From Octopus vulgaris (Eukaryota), in assembly GCA_951406725.2 (NCBI GenBank), contig OX597815.1, forward strand, positions 208,878,001-208,942,000: 64,000 bases of DNA, read 5' to 3'. The notes under the pieces are model-generated. The model ran no database searches. It saw only the letters and a program-made list of their open reading frames with translations, and was not told the origin of the DNA. Position numbers and translations under genes: made by a program. This document shows positions 39,843 to 52,116 of this stretch, in pieces (the stretch's first letter is position 1; each line of letters begins with the position of its first letter).

Positions 39843-40119
39843 AACTATTCTGTACCCGTAGGCATATGGCCTGTGCATAAGAATGCGGGCTACTAACCCT
39901 TGGATTCTGAGTTCAATCCCTGGCAGGGACGTGGGAAATAATATTAATTGAAAATAACATCAGCAGAAAAGAATACTTTAGGAATGAGTACAGAGTACCC
40001 GATTAGTCAAATAAAGGGTTGGGTTCGAAAAATCTTGCAGAACACCTGATGCAGGTTGGAGAGTACATTAGCCAAAATGTGAAACAAGGTGGGGACACCT
40101 ATCCATCCATTGTAAATAA
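39843..40119 (+). mobile_element. tRNA-headed short element with decayed hammerhead-like tail, inserted in an old SINE A
   Basis: ggcatatggcc...gcgggctactaacc...gagttcaatccctggc tRNA-like head; cacCTGATGcaggttg..tagccAAAAtgt; 3' end homologous to 59012-59051; TSD tgctgttggttt at 39831 and 40120. Confidence 0.6.
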
Positions 40120-41144
40120 TGCTGTTGGTTTGTTTATGTTTCCGTGAGGTGGTAGTTCAGATAAAGAGACCAATAATGTATCAGTATCAGTCTTAAAACC
40201 TAAGTGCTTCAGTTGATTTGTTGAAGGCAGTGTCCCCAGCATGACTTCAGTCCAGTGGCCTAAATAAGTGAAAGGTAAATGACACAAGATATTCTAGAAC
40301 TCAGTTTCAATATCTGACACCTGCCTCAAAATGTGAGTTGTAATTTTTTTTTATATCAACCAACTCAAAATCGTTTCTCTGGTTCTATAATACAAAACCT
40401 CTCAGTTTGAAGTCTCCATAATTAAATTAACACTTTTCATTTAAATTATCACATAATTTCATGTAAGAACCACTTTGTTATATAATGTTTCAAACACCAG
40501 TTTAATAATTACAAGCATAGTAAATCTTTCCAAATTATTGATTATTTTCTCAATTAATTGAAACACATAGACACTGTATTTCATTAGAAATATGGCCTTG
40601 AAAATATTACATTGAAATTAACAACCATGTCATAATGTATTTTTTAAAAAATGTAAGAAAAAAATATGAAAAATAATTATTATTATTTGTTCAAAAAAGA
40701 TGCAGTTACGGTCATAGACTGGTAGACAGGAAAATCATGTGTTTCTGAGGTTCCATGGTTGACTGTAAGGGATTCCTTTTCTACTCTGTTTGGAGAATGC
40801 CTAAAACCATTGGAATAAGAGGAGTGAAAGGTGGGTGTACCTAGGATGGAAGAGGCTACACAAATAACTTATCACTGGTTATAGAGCCAGAGAGAGGAGT
40901 TAAGCTAGAAACTAAGAGGAGATGATGAGGAGTGGTTTGGCCATCTCTGCTGACCCACCAATGAGAGTGTGTTACGGTTCAGGCTTGAAATCCCTGATGA
41001 TTGTTGGATACTGTCAGATGGCAGCAATTTCTCCGAGTCAAAGCTACATTCACCGACGGGGAATGAAGAAGAAGCATCTTTTAGATATTATTGAAATCAT
41101 TATCTTGAAGTTATATTTTCTGAATGATGTCATTATGCAGAATA

Positions 41145-41400
41145 TCATCATCATCATTTAACATCCGTTCTCCATGCTAGCATGGGTTGGACAGTTCAAC
41201 CGAGATCTGGGAAGTCAGAGGGCTGCACCAGGCTCCAGTCTGATCAGGCAGTGTTTCTACAGCTGGATGCCCTTCCTAATGACAACCACTCTGTGAGTGT
41301 AGTGGGTGCTTTTTACATGCCACTGGCACAGGTGCCAGGCGAGGCTGGGAACGGCCATGATCGGATGATGCTTTTTACGTGCCACCAGCACGGAAGCCAG
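41145..41400 (-). mobile_element. SINE family C
   Basis: (CAT)n tail and reverse-complement body. Confidence 0.85.
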
Positions 41401-41996
41401 GAAACAGTTAAACAGTTTAGTAAATTGCTTTATAAAAGGTGAAAATGCCAATAGAAATATTTCTTTAACAGAAGGTATGTTTCAGTTTGTTCTGAAACTA
41501 TAAGTATTTCAGTTATTAATAATACTTATAAGGTCCTTATGAACTGAAGTTCAGAAAAGACAAATGTTTGCCCACTGATAGTCTTAAACCATCCATTCAT
41601 ATTATAAGGATATTAATTTAGATATGAAGAATGTATTACCAGTTGCCTTAGGCAGGGAAATTTTGAAAAGGTCAAGTGGCTCTGTGATGTGCGGAAGAGT
41701 AGAAGCTTTTAATTAAATATAGATGCTACAATGAGAAGTAGTATAATTAGCTATTAACTAAGCATTGCGCAACCTATCCAAGTGAAAACCTACAGTTCGG
41801 GAAAATTAATGTTGGTGGTCTGCATTCCTTACTTTCTTCTGTTGATGTGAATTTGTCACAATATCTTTTTGTTATCTTGTAGTTATCTCTTATGTTTTAT
41901 CTGATTCAGTTATTGGATAGCAGCCATGATAGGGCACTACCTTGAAAGGTTTATCTGGAAGATTAATTGTAGTACTTATATTTAAATCTGATGTGT

Positions 41997-42380
41997 ATGG
42001 GTGGCTGTGTGGTAAGTAGCTTGCTTACGAACCACATGGTTCTGGGTTCAGTCCCACTGTGTGGTACCTTGGGCAAGTGTCTTCTACTATAGCCTCGGGC
42101 CGACCAAAGTCTTGTGAGTGGATTTGGTATACGGAAACTGAAAGAAGCCCGTCGTGTATATGTATATATATGTAAGTGTGTGTGTATACATTTGTGTGTC
42201 TGTGTTTGTCCCCCCCCCCCATGCTGGTGTGTTTACATCCTCGTAAATTAGCAGATCGGCAAAAGAGACCGATAGAATAAGTACTAGGATTACAAAGAAT
42301 AAGTCCTGGAGCCGACTTGCTTAACTAAAGGCGGTGCTCCAGCATGGCCGCAGTCAAATGAGTGAAACAAGTAAAAGAGT
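41997..42380 (+). mobile_element. SINE family A
   Basis: Near full-length copy. Confidence 0.88.
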
Positions 42381-42919
42381 AACAGTACATAAAATTGACA
42401 GTTATTATACAATGTTGTAGAAGGAACACACACACACACACACTTTAAATTGAACATACTTTCCCCGTTGTGTTGTGCACTGGACCCAAAACTATGTAAC
42501 TGCAAGCTGAGTGTCTTAACCCCTGATGAGAGAGGGACACACACACACACACACAAATATAAAATGGGCTTCCCACAGTTTCCGCCTACCAAATTTATTC
42601 ACAAAGCATTCATTAGCCCAGGTCTAAAGTTGAAAAATACTTTCGCCATTGTGTTGTGTGCTGGGACTGAACTGAAAACCAGGTAATTGCAAGCCAAACT
42701 TCTTAACCACTCAGCTAATTTTTCCAAGCTTGGTTAAGATGATATCTGAACATCGGCCATCAGTTTATCATTACATGGAATGAGATGATCGCAAGTTTAC
42801 CTCAAAAATTACAAACAGAAACAGCTGTAAATGTTATCTTAACCATAATTAAACTATGATCATTCAATACTAATGATCAACTTCTAATTGTTACATGGTG
42901 CTCCATTTCTTCTCGTCCC

Positions 42920-42951
<32 letters not shown>

Positions 42952-43002
42952 TTTCTCTCCTTTTTTTTCTCCTTTTTTTCACTCCTTGTTTTTTCTATAT
43001 CC

Positions 43003-43038
43003 CTTTCTGTAGAAGAGCGTAGGCTCGAAACGTAAAAG
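43003..43038 (+). ncRNA. Atypical minimal hammerhead-like motif (Penelope-type)
   Basis: cttt CTGTAGA a gagc-gtag-gctc GAAA cg ta aaag: stem I cttt/aaag, stem II gagc/gctc; core has U in place of conserved A6. Confidence 0.45.
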
Positions 43039-43122
43039 ACTTTTTCTATTCCTGAGCGTTAAACTAATACATCTGTTTGTTTTGTACACCACCTGTCTTT
43101 GTCTTTTTCGTAAACTCTCCCT

Positions 43123-43357
43123 ATCATTATCATCATCATCGTTTAGCGTCCGCTTTCCATGCTAGCATGGGTTGGACGGTTCAACTGGGGTCTGGGAAGC
43201 CACAAGGCTGCACCAGGCCCAATCTGATCTGGCAATGTTTCTACGGCTGGATGCCCTTCCTAACGCCAACCACTCCGTGAATGTAGTGGGTGCTTTTTAC
43301 GTGCCACCGGCATAGGTGCCAGATGAGTCTGGCAAACGGCCACAATCGGATGGTGCT
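43123..43357 (-). mobile_element. SINE family C
   Basis: (CAT)n tail and reverse-complement body. Confidence 0.85.
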
Positions 43358-43776
43358 ATATATATATATATATATAATTATAGGTACTGCAAATTTAGAG
43401 TGAATATTTGACAAGTGTAAGCACCTGTATATGCCAGATAGTAGCAGAGGTGAGAGAATATATCAAATATAAATTAAAACAGAACACAAAGGATATCGCA
43501 GTTCTGTTTTTAATTTATATTTGATATATATAATTATAAATAAGGGCAAAAGAAATTTTCTATGCCAATATTTTTCACTATAGTGGAAAATATTGTATAT
43601 TTGGTTGGATGATCTAAAGTCTATTTTTCAGCATACTGGCATAGACATTTTCTTTCTTTTGCCCTTATTTATAATTGTTTATAATTTTCACCTTAAAAGG
43701 TATTTTAATATGGTGGCCGCTAATAAATATTTTTTTAAAAAATTATTTTATCCTTGTATTAGAAGTATATATATAT

Positions 43777-44180
43777 AGGTGCAGGAGTGGCTGTGTTGTA
43801 AGTAGCTTGCTAACCAACCACAAAGTTCCGGGTACAGTCCCACTGCGTGGCATTTTGGGCAAGTGTCTTCTGCTATAGCCCTGGGCCGACCAATGCCTTG
43901 TGAGTGGATTTGGAAGACGGAAACTGAAAGAAGCCTGTCGTATATATGTATATATATATATGTGTGTGTGTTTGTGTTTGTGTGTCTGTGTTTGTCCCCC
44001 TAGCATTGCTTGACAACCGATGCTGGTGTGTTTATGTCCCCATCACTTAGCGGTTCGGCAAAAAGAGTCCGATAGAATAAGTACTGGGCTTACAAAGAAT
44101 AAGTCCCGGGGTCGATTTGCTCAACTAAAGGCGGTGCTCCAGCATGGCCGCAGTCAAATGACTGAAACAAGTAAAAGAGT
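43777..44180 (+). mobile_element. SINE family A
   Basis: Full-length copy, followed by an older 3'-half copy to ~44375. Confidence 0.9.
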
Positions 44181-44594
44181 AATATATATATATATATGTT
44201 TGTGTGTCTGAGTTTGTCCCCCACCATCACTTGACAGCCGGTGTTGGTGTGTTTACATCCCTGTAACTTAGTGGTTCAGCAAAAGAGGCTGATAGAATAA
44301 GTACTAGGCTTACTGGGCCGATTTGTTTGACTAAAGGCAGTACTCCAGCATGGCCACATTCAAATGACTAAAAATAATATATGTTTGTGTATGTGGCAGG
44401 TTTCCTTGCAGTTTCTCACCACCAAACTCCACACTGAAAGTTGTTACAGTAGAATATGCTTGCTTGAAGTGTGATACAATTGTATAGAATTCAAATCTAC
44501 ATTTTTGCAAACCAAAATTTATTCACCACAAATATTTTTCAAGCGCTCAGTGATATTTGTATGTTGTTTGCTGGTATTCTAATATTCTATACTC

Positions 44595-45003
44595 TTACTC
44601 TTTACTCTTTTACTTGTTTCAGTCATTTGACTGCAGCCATGCTGGAGCACCGCCTTTAGTCGAGCAAATCGACCCCGTGACTTATTCTTTGTAAGCCCAG
44701 TACTTATTCTATCAGTCTCTTTTGCCGAACCGCTAAGTGACGGGGACGTAAACACACCAGCATCGGTTGTCAAGAAATGCTAGGGGGACAAACACAGATA
44801 CACAAACACACACACGCATACATATATATACATATATATGACAGGCTTCTTTCAGTTTCCGTCTACCAAATCCACTCACAAGGCATTGGTCGGCCCGGGG
44901 CTATAGCAGAAGACACTTGCCCAAGATGCCACGCAGTGGGACTGAACCCAAAACCATGTGGTTGGTTAGCAAGCTACTTACCACACAGCCACTCCTGCGC
45001 CTA
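44595..45003 (-). mobile_element. SINE family A
   Basis: Full-length reverse-complement copy. Confidence 0.9.
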
Positions 45004-45471
45004 TGATAATATTTTGTTTACTGATATACATTTTTGACCACCCCTCTTCTTCTACAAGATGTGTGGTGCTGAGTTTTAATGGTATATATTGTTTATTTGA
45101 TAAGTTTTTCGAGCATGTCTGTTCATAATGATTGTTTTGAATCCACAGTTATTAATTTTCATTTCACTCAAGAACCGTTAATATGCTTCGAAATATAAAC
45201 AATATTATTTTCTATTAAATACTTTTGTTTACATTTTGTCACCCCGCCACCACTTCATTTTTCTTTTTTTTTTTAATTTTCACTATTATACAATTTTTTT
45301 TTTCTTTATATCTGCTGCATTTACACATCATAAACCAGATGCCACCCAGAGACTGGAGGTAGATAATGGATTTCATGTTCATAATACATCATCATCATCA
45401 TCATCATCATTATTATTATTATTATTTTTATTATTACTATTATTATTATTATTATTATAATTATTATTATA

Positions 45472-45519
<48 letters not shown>

Positions 45520-45792
45520 TCAGTAGTTTTATTTTTATAGTGTGCTTTCACTTCACTACCGAGCGCAGCTCTCTGTGCCTTAGGTATGTGCTGTGATTTG
45601 TTGTGATGCTCTGATGGTTAGTGTATGGAAAGTGTTCTGCGTAGGATGTGTGCAGTGCCTAGTAGTGCAATTTTCTGTATGTTATATGTGTTTGTAAGTC
45701 CTGGTGTTTTTGTTATGTATTTGTCTGAGTATTTTTTTATCATGCCTAATGCACCTACTATGATAGGAATTGTTTCTGTTTTTAGATTCCAC
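45520..45792 (-). mobile_element. R4/Dong-clade non-LTR retrotransposon 3' fragment inside (TAA)n
   Basis: 45791-45618 translates WNLKTETIPIIVGALGMIKKYSDKYITKTPGLTNTYNIQKIALLGTAHILRRTLSIH*, the C-terminus typical of RLE-endonuclease R4-clade elements; (ATT)n on both flanks. Confidence 0.85.
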
Positions 45793-45794
45793 TA

Positions 45795-45843
<49 letters not shown>

Positions 45844-48423
45844 GGGCAGTGGATTGGCAGAATTATTAGCGTTTCAGACAAAATACTTTAAGGCAGCATA
45901 TTGGCAGAATCATTAACACACCAGGTAAAATGCTGAATGGGTTTTCGTCCACCTGCACATATTGAGTTTAAGTTCTGCCAAGGTTACCTTTGTCTTTCAT
46001 CAATTGAGGATCGATAAATTAAGTGCCAGTGAAACACTGGGGTCAATTCAAACAACTTAGTGCCTCACTAAAACCTGCTAGCCTTGTGGCAAAATTTAAA
46101 ATTATTATTATTATTGAGTGAGAGAGCAGGGAATACCATCAAAATGAGACTGGGATACAAATATACAAAGCTCAATATAAGCACGATGACTACCTGTCTG
46201 ATAAGGGTACACCAGGTGCATGCCTCACAACCTTATATACGCAACTTGGTAAACTCGTATCCAGATAAACAGTGTATGACTTTGTAGATGGGGCCCAGTT
46301 AGAATTTTCTTCAGGTTAAGTAGCCCATCCCACTCAAAAGGTCCCTGAATAAGGGTTGTTTAAGGATGTTGAATGAAACACCCATGTTTCCAGAGGTGAA
46401 TTATTCAAACCCCAAAGAATTCCTCTCAGCACATGGCTATGATGCTCCCCCACTACTTCTGCTCGTGATCAGAGATGCACATATCGTCAGCCATTAAGGG
46501 ACATGCTCAACTGGTTATGGTCAAACAACTGACAAGCAAATCTGTGGTATTGAGCAGAATATTTGCTGTAGTCCATCTTTTATACCAAGACAAAACAATG
46601 TACATGGTAACACTTCCAATCAGTTAAGATCAGAAGCCATAGGAGCCACTGCCTGTTACCGCATCATCTTCATCATCATCATTATTATTATCATCATCAT
46701 CATCATCATTATTATTATTATTATTAGTAGTAGTAGTAGTAGTAGTAGTAATAGTAGTAGTAGTAGTATTGAGGCAGTGGGTTGGCAGAATTGTTAGCCT
46801 GGTGGCATTTTGTCCGTTTTTATGTTCTGAGTTCAAACGCTGCCAAGGTCGACTTTGCTGTTCATCCATTTGCTGCTGATAAAGTATGTACCCATTAAGC
46901 ACTTGGGTGTGTGTGTGGGGAGGTCAATGTAATTGAATTGCTCCCTTCACTGAATTTGCCAGTCTGTGCCAAAACTTGAAATCATCAACATCATCATTTC
47001 TTAAAAGTTTTTCAGTGTAAATATCCTGAACAAGGAACATTTCTATTGAAAGCGTTTTTTACTGAACCATTTTTCTCTTATAAATAAACTAAGAACCAGC
47101 AGACGATAAACTATTAAAGTAGCACACTTTTCAACATACTGCAAAATAAAAATGATTTAAAGTGGATTAGGTGTGAAAACTCTTGCAGACCTGACATTGC
47201 CTCATGTTTTATTCTGACACCAATCCTTTCATTGTTTCTTTTGCATCACCCTCATACCTACTTCCATCAGTGCATTGCAGTCAAAGCTTGAAACAAAAAT
47301 TAGAAAATTGTCATCTTAGGTTTTTTTTTTTTTACTTTCCCTCTTCAATCTAATGTCTATAGTGCTTTTTCTTTACATAACTTATATTTATTTTTTCTGA
47401 CTCCGTACTAACTCAATAACCTATATTTTTTCTTTTTAAATGAGAACTACCTATTGTCATTTGAGCTGACTTCATTATATTTTTAATTAGTTATTTGGTA
47501 ACACAAAGAGATAAAAGTAAACTTGATTGCCATTAGATTTTAAAAACTAGCATTAGTCGTAGGTATATAACTAAATACTATTCTTTGTCTCTTTTGTAGA
47601 AACCTTATACGTACATCCATCAATATAAAATAGTTGTGGCTTGAATTGGAAATAGGAAAAAAAAAGGATCTTGGGTTTCATTTTTTTTTCCCCTTCTGTT
47701 AGCTAATAGCTTTAACTCTCTTTTATTTTATATTCCTTTTAAAGCCAGGCAGTTACTCGGTTATATACTTTTTATAAAAAAGTGAGAATTATATTCAATT
47801 GAATTAATTCTCTTAGTATTAATTAGGTTATTATGAAACTCAAAATTATAAATAGTAAACTTTCATCATAAGATTAAAAAAAAACTGCCCAGCATCAGTA
47901 TAAGTCATAAGTATGTAACTAAACATTATAAGCCCATTGCTTTATGATGTCTAACAACTTGACACATCATAAACAATGTTTATACTGATATTCTATGAAA
48001 CATATTATCCATCCATAGTTTTATACACACACACACCTCTACACTTCTGTATTGAGTCCTGTAGTCTGTTACTTTTGTTGAATCAATGGAGGGCTATATA
48101 ATATTATCTGCACTAGTTCATAGAGCATGCTCACCAACCACTTAGTAACAATGTTTTTTTTTCTTTACATACATTATAAATTAATTCTTGGAATTTTTTT
48201 GTTTTTATTTCATGAGGAGCCAACGGCATAAGAAAATATATATTTTTCTGGTCTAATGATTATGGATTAAATAATTTAGATATGGTGCTCCAGCATGGCT
48301 GTAGTCAGATGACTGAAACAAATAAAAGAATATATGTATATTTGTGTGTGTGATATAGATAGGGGTCTTATGATTATTTGATTCTCTGTATGAAGAATTT
48401 CTAATAGATGTCTTACATGTTTC

Positions 48424-49040
48424 GGATCTTTACCTGACAGATTTAAAAAATAATTTTTTGTAACTAAACACTTTCAAACTTTGGACACTGGTAGAACGTG
48501 TCATATAAAACATATTTTACTCTTAGCATTTTTGAGAAAAACTTATATTTATGAAGTTATTTCAACTTAAAGTTCTCGTATTTCGGTAACTTCAACCAAT
48601 CAATGACATGTATTCAGCTGAATAAAATTACTGCCGTTATTTGTCAACAACAACTATCGGCGGTTTATTTTTTGTTTGTCACTGTTATTTATGACATCGT
48701 TCGTGCATTTGTACTGGTTTTAAGGTTTTAGGGTTGGTTTTAGGGTTAGGGTTTTAGGGTTGTCATAAATAACAGTGACAAACGAAATATACACCGCCAG
48801 AAGTTCTTGTTGACAAACAACAGCAGTAATTTTATTCAGCTGAATGCACGTCATTGATTGGTTGACATTACCAAAATACGAGAACTTTAACGTGAAATAA
48901 CTTAGTAAATATAAGTCTTACTCAAAAATGCTAAGAATAAAACACGTTTTATATGACACATTCTACCAGTGTCTGAAGTTTAAAAGTGTTTAGTTACAAA
49001 ATATTTTTTCCTAAATCTGTAGGTCAAAAGGTAAAGATCC
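48424..49040. mobile_element. Merlin-like foldback DNA element with long TIRs and internal TTAGGG repeats
   Basis: GGATC...GATCC termini, ~270-bp inverted arms, 8-bp flanks catgtttc/tgtgtttc (both derivable from cgtgtttc by CpG decay), telomere-like repeats ~48718-48761. Confidence 0.72.
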
Positions 49041-50735
49041 TGTGTTTCTTCTATGTATACAATTTTGTAACTCCTGTTAGCAAATGAAACACATGTAATG
49101 GTGAATAAATAATAGAAAACTTTTCCAGCCCGCTGTTTTTATGTATGTATACATATGTATGCACACATCTATGTATAGTTACTTTTAGTTTATATATATA
49201 AAAATATTATTATCTTAAAGACACCTTGTCACTATAATATTGGCAACTTTCAGTTAAAGTAAGCTATTTTATTGGTATCTTATTTTCTACAAGTTTCTTT
49301 TATATGTGTGTTACTGTCACATTCATTATTTCTTATCTGAAAGCATTTTACTGTTCTGTTATGTCTTTTAATGAAAGGAAATAAAATTTAGTTCGCAAAG
49401 CCCTGTTGAATGAATGATTTCTCTTACAGGTTCTTCTTTCTTAATATTAATTGAAAGAATCAATGATAAAAATTATGCTCTTTGAGTATGTAACATATTT
49501 GTACTGTTTATAGCACACTTGTGGAAATGCAGAGAAATGGTTGCATGTGTACACAGAGTTGTTTATATGTATATATATATATATACATGCATAGCATTTA
49601 TTTTGACAGTTGTAATTTAAATGATAAGTTATTCTGTAAGTCTGTTTCATTTGTTTTAATTATATTTTCATGTTTTAATTCTGTTTTACAGCTTATTCGT
49701 TAGCAATATATATTAGTCTATGTGCTTCAATTAAAATATATCTTTACTTTTCCAGGTTCATTATTTCAAATGTTATCGTCATTTTCCCATTTTATATATT
49801 TGAAATGTGTTTCCCCACTGCATTCAATGACTTCAGCTGGATATGTTCAGTTCCATAGCTTGGTTGGATATTTTAAGGGTTTTATGTTCTATAGGTCTTG
49901 CAATGGCAATGTCCATTCTCATGACATTTCTTTGTTTCCTGCATTTTACTTTTTAAAATCTATGCTTAGTAGCTGTAGGTATGTGATGATTTGATGTTTG
50001 TATTTGGATTTTGGATCAATAAGTAGCAATAGAAAATAATGGACATAGCACACTAATGTTTAATCTCTGCTTCTTATCTATTAATTACCAGGCTGTGTTT
50101 GGTTTTAATGCTCTTGACTCCACTTGATTGTGTGTTATTGCCCTGGTGTTAAAACTATGATGATATAAGTTTGGCAGCTGAAGATGAGATTTATGTGTTT
50201 CATGTACTTGTTTATTTCTGTGTCTTTTTGACATCATCTGTGGTGTCTTAGTTGTCTTTCTTTGAGATTATAGTCCTTATTGTGTTAGGGTTAAACTTAT
50301 TTAGGGAGTTTTGGGTTTCTCGGTTTATGGTGGAAGGGTTGTGCACATTACACTCTACGACAATATTGTGTGACTTTTTTTTCCTTGGGATTCTAATGCT
50401 AGTAAGAGTTATATCTTTTTAGGGATTTATAGTTTATAGAGGGTTTGTTGCATGGGCACACCCACCCATCCATGCACACAAACAGATGTATTCATAGATA
50501 GTTAAGGTCCTGTGAATGTGGACTACCTCTATGAATTAACACAAGTCTTGCTGAAGTAAGGGATGGAAGCTTGATTGAGATTTCTGCACTGATTTTGTGA
50601 TTAATAACCTGCTAACAATATCTTCATGGTTTGTAACATTAGTTTTTCCATCTCACTACATAGTTTGTGTAAAAGTTGAAGAAAGAAACAATATGCCTTC
50701 ATAGGGACTTGCATCACACCCTGTTTTATACAAGT

Positions 50736-50965
50736 TTAACCCTTTTGTTACCATATTTCTGTTGAGATGATCTCTGTTTTATTCAGTTAATTTTAAATAT
50801 AACAAAGAATTTAGCAAAATAACTTCGTTATCATTAAGTTGGTATTATGAATATAAATTGTGGCTAAGGTTTGGTGGAAGATTTTAATTTAAAACTTATG
50901 AAAACAAGACATTTGTACTACAGAGCCAGAGCCGGTTTCAGCCGGATTGGTATCAAAAGGGTTAA
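50736..50965. mobile_element. piggyBac-type MITE family E
   Basis: TTAA|cccttttgttacca...tggtatcaaaaggg|TTAA. Confidence 0.85.
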
Positions 50966-51010
50966 TTTAATGAACGGCATGCTTGTAGTTTGTTGTTCAC
51001 TATATCTTGT

Positions 51011-51239
51011 TTAACCCTTTCGTTACTGTATTTATTTTGAGAAGCTCTGTGCTTCTTTCAATTACTTTGAATATAACCAAGAATTTAGTAAAAAAACTTA
51101 GTTATCATTCAACTAGTGTTAGGAACATAAATTGTGACAAAGGTTTGGTAGAAGATTTTAATTCAAAACTTATGAAAACAAGACATTTGTACTAAAGAGC
51201 CAGAACCGGTTTCAGCCGGGCTGGTAATGAAAGGGTTAA
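51011..51239. mobile_element. piggyBac-type MITE family E
   Basis: TTAA|ccctttcgttac...ggtaatgaaaggg|TTAA. Confidence 0.85.
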
Positions 51240-52116
51240 TGCTACTCAACTTGTGTATGTATGCCTGTATCTATATGTATGTGTGTGTGTGTTTGGAGAG
51301 AGAGGGGGTACTGAGATAGATAAGCACAATTAGGCTTGATGCATGTACTTACATGGAGCACAAAAAATACAGAATGGCAATAAAAGTAAAGAATATATAT
51401 ATGTATGTATATATTTTTCATTTTTTTTTTCTTTATTTAATGTGCTCCATTCTTGTATATGCATAACAGCTTGCTTTGGATTTCTCTCAGAGCCACAGTT
51501 GATGCCATGGGCCTTATTCTAGATGAAGTTAGAATTTGAGTTGAAATTCATTTGACCATTAGTCTGTCTTTCCTAAACTGAGCTTATTTAGTTATCACCA
51601 GTTGTGTGTGTGTGTGTTGGATATATGATCGGTTTTGTGCTATTATTGTATACCACATTAAAAGCACTCAACACACACTGTAAAGTGGTTGGCGTTAAGA
51701 AGGGTATCCAGCCATAGAAATGAACCAAATCATACTGGAACTTGATGCAGCTCTCTGCCTTGCTAACCCTGGTTAAACCGTCCAACCCATGCCAGCATGG
51801 AAAAACGGACGTTAAAGGACTAGGCGGAGGAGGAGGAGGAGGATGATATTTTAAAAGATGTTTAAGAAATGACAACAGAACTTTAATGAGGAGGAGGGTC
51901 ACAATACTAAATGTATGTCAGATATATTACAATATTAGTTTTGCTCAGGATTTCAAAAGTCATCAAATGACTTATTCAACTAGTAACCTGCATGCACACA
52001 CATGCGAGGTGGGGGGGGGGGGGACAGAGTGTGGTAGAGGACATGCATTTTGAAATATCCAGTTTAGTACTGCCTCTTTGCCAGTGCCGTTTGCATTTCA
52101 CTGCATGTTGGAAACA

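Noticed and set aside
40700-41075. Possible RTE 3' remnant (WFGHL, (GAA)n end)
   Set aside because: Too degenerate to support without a profile search
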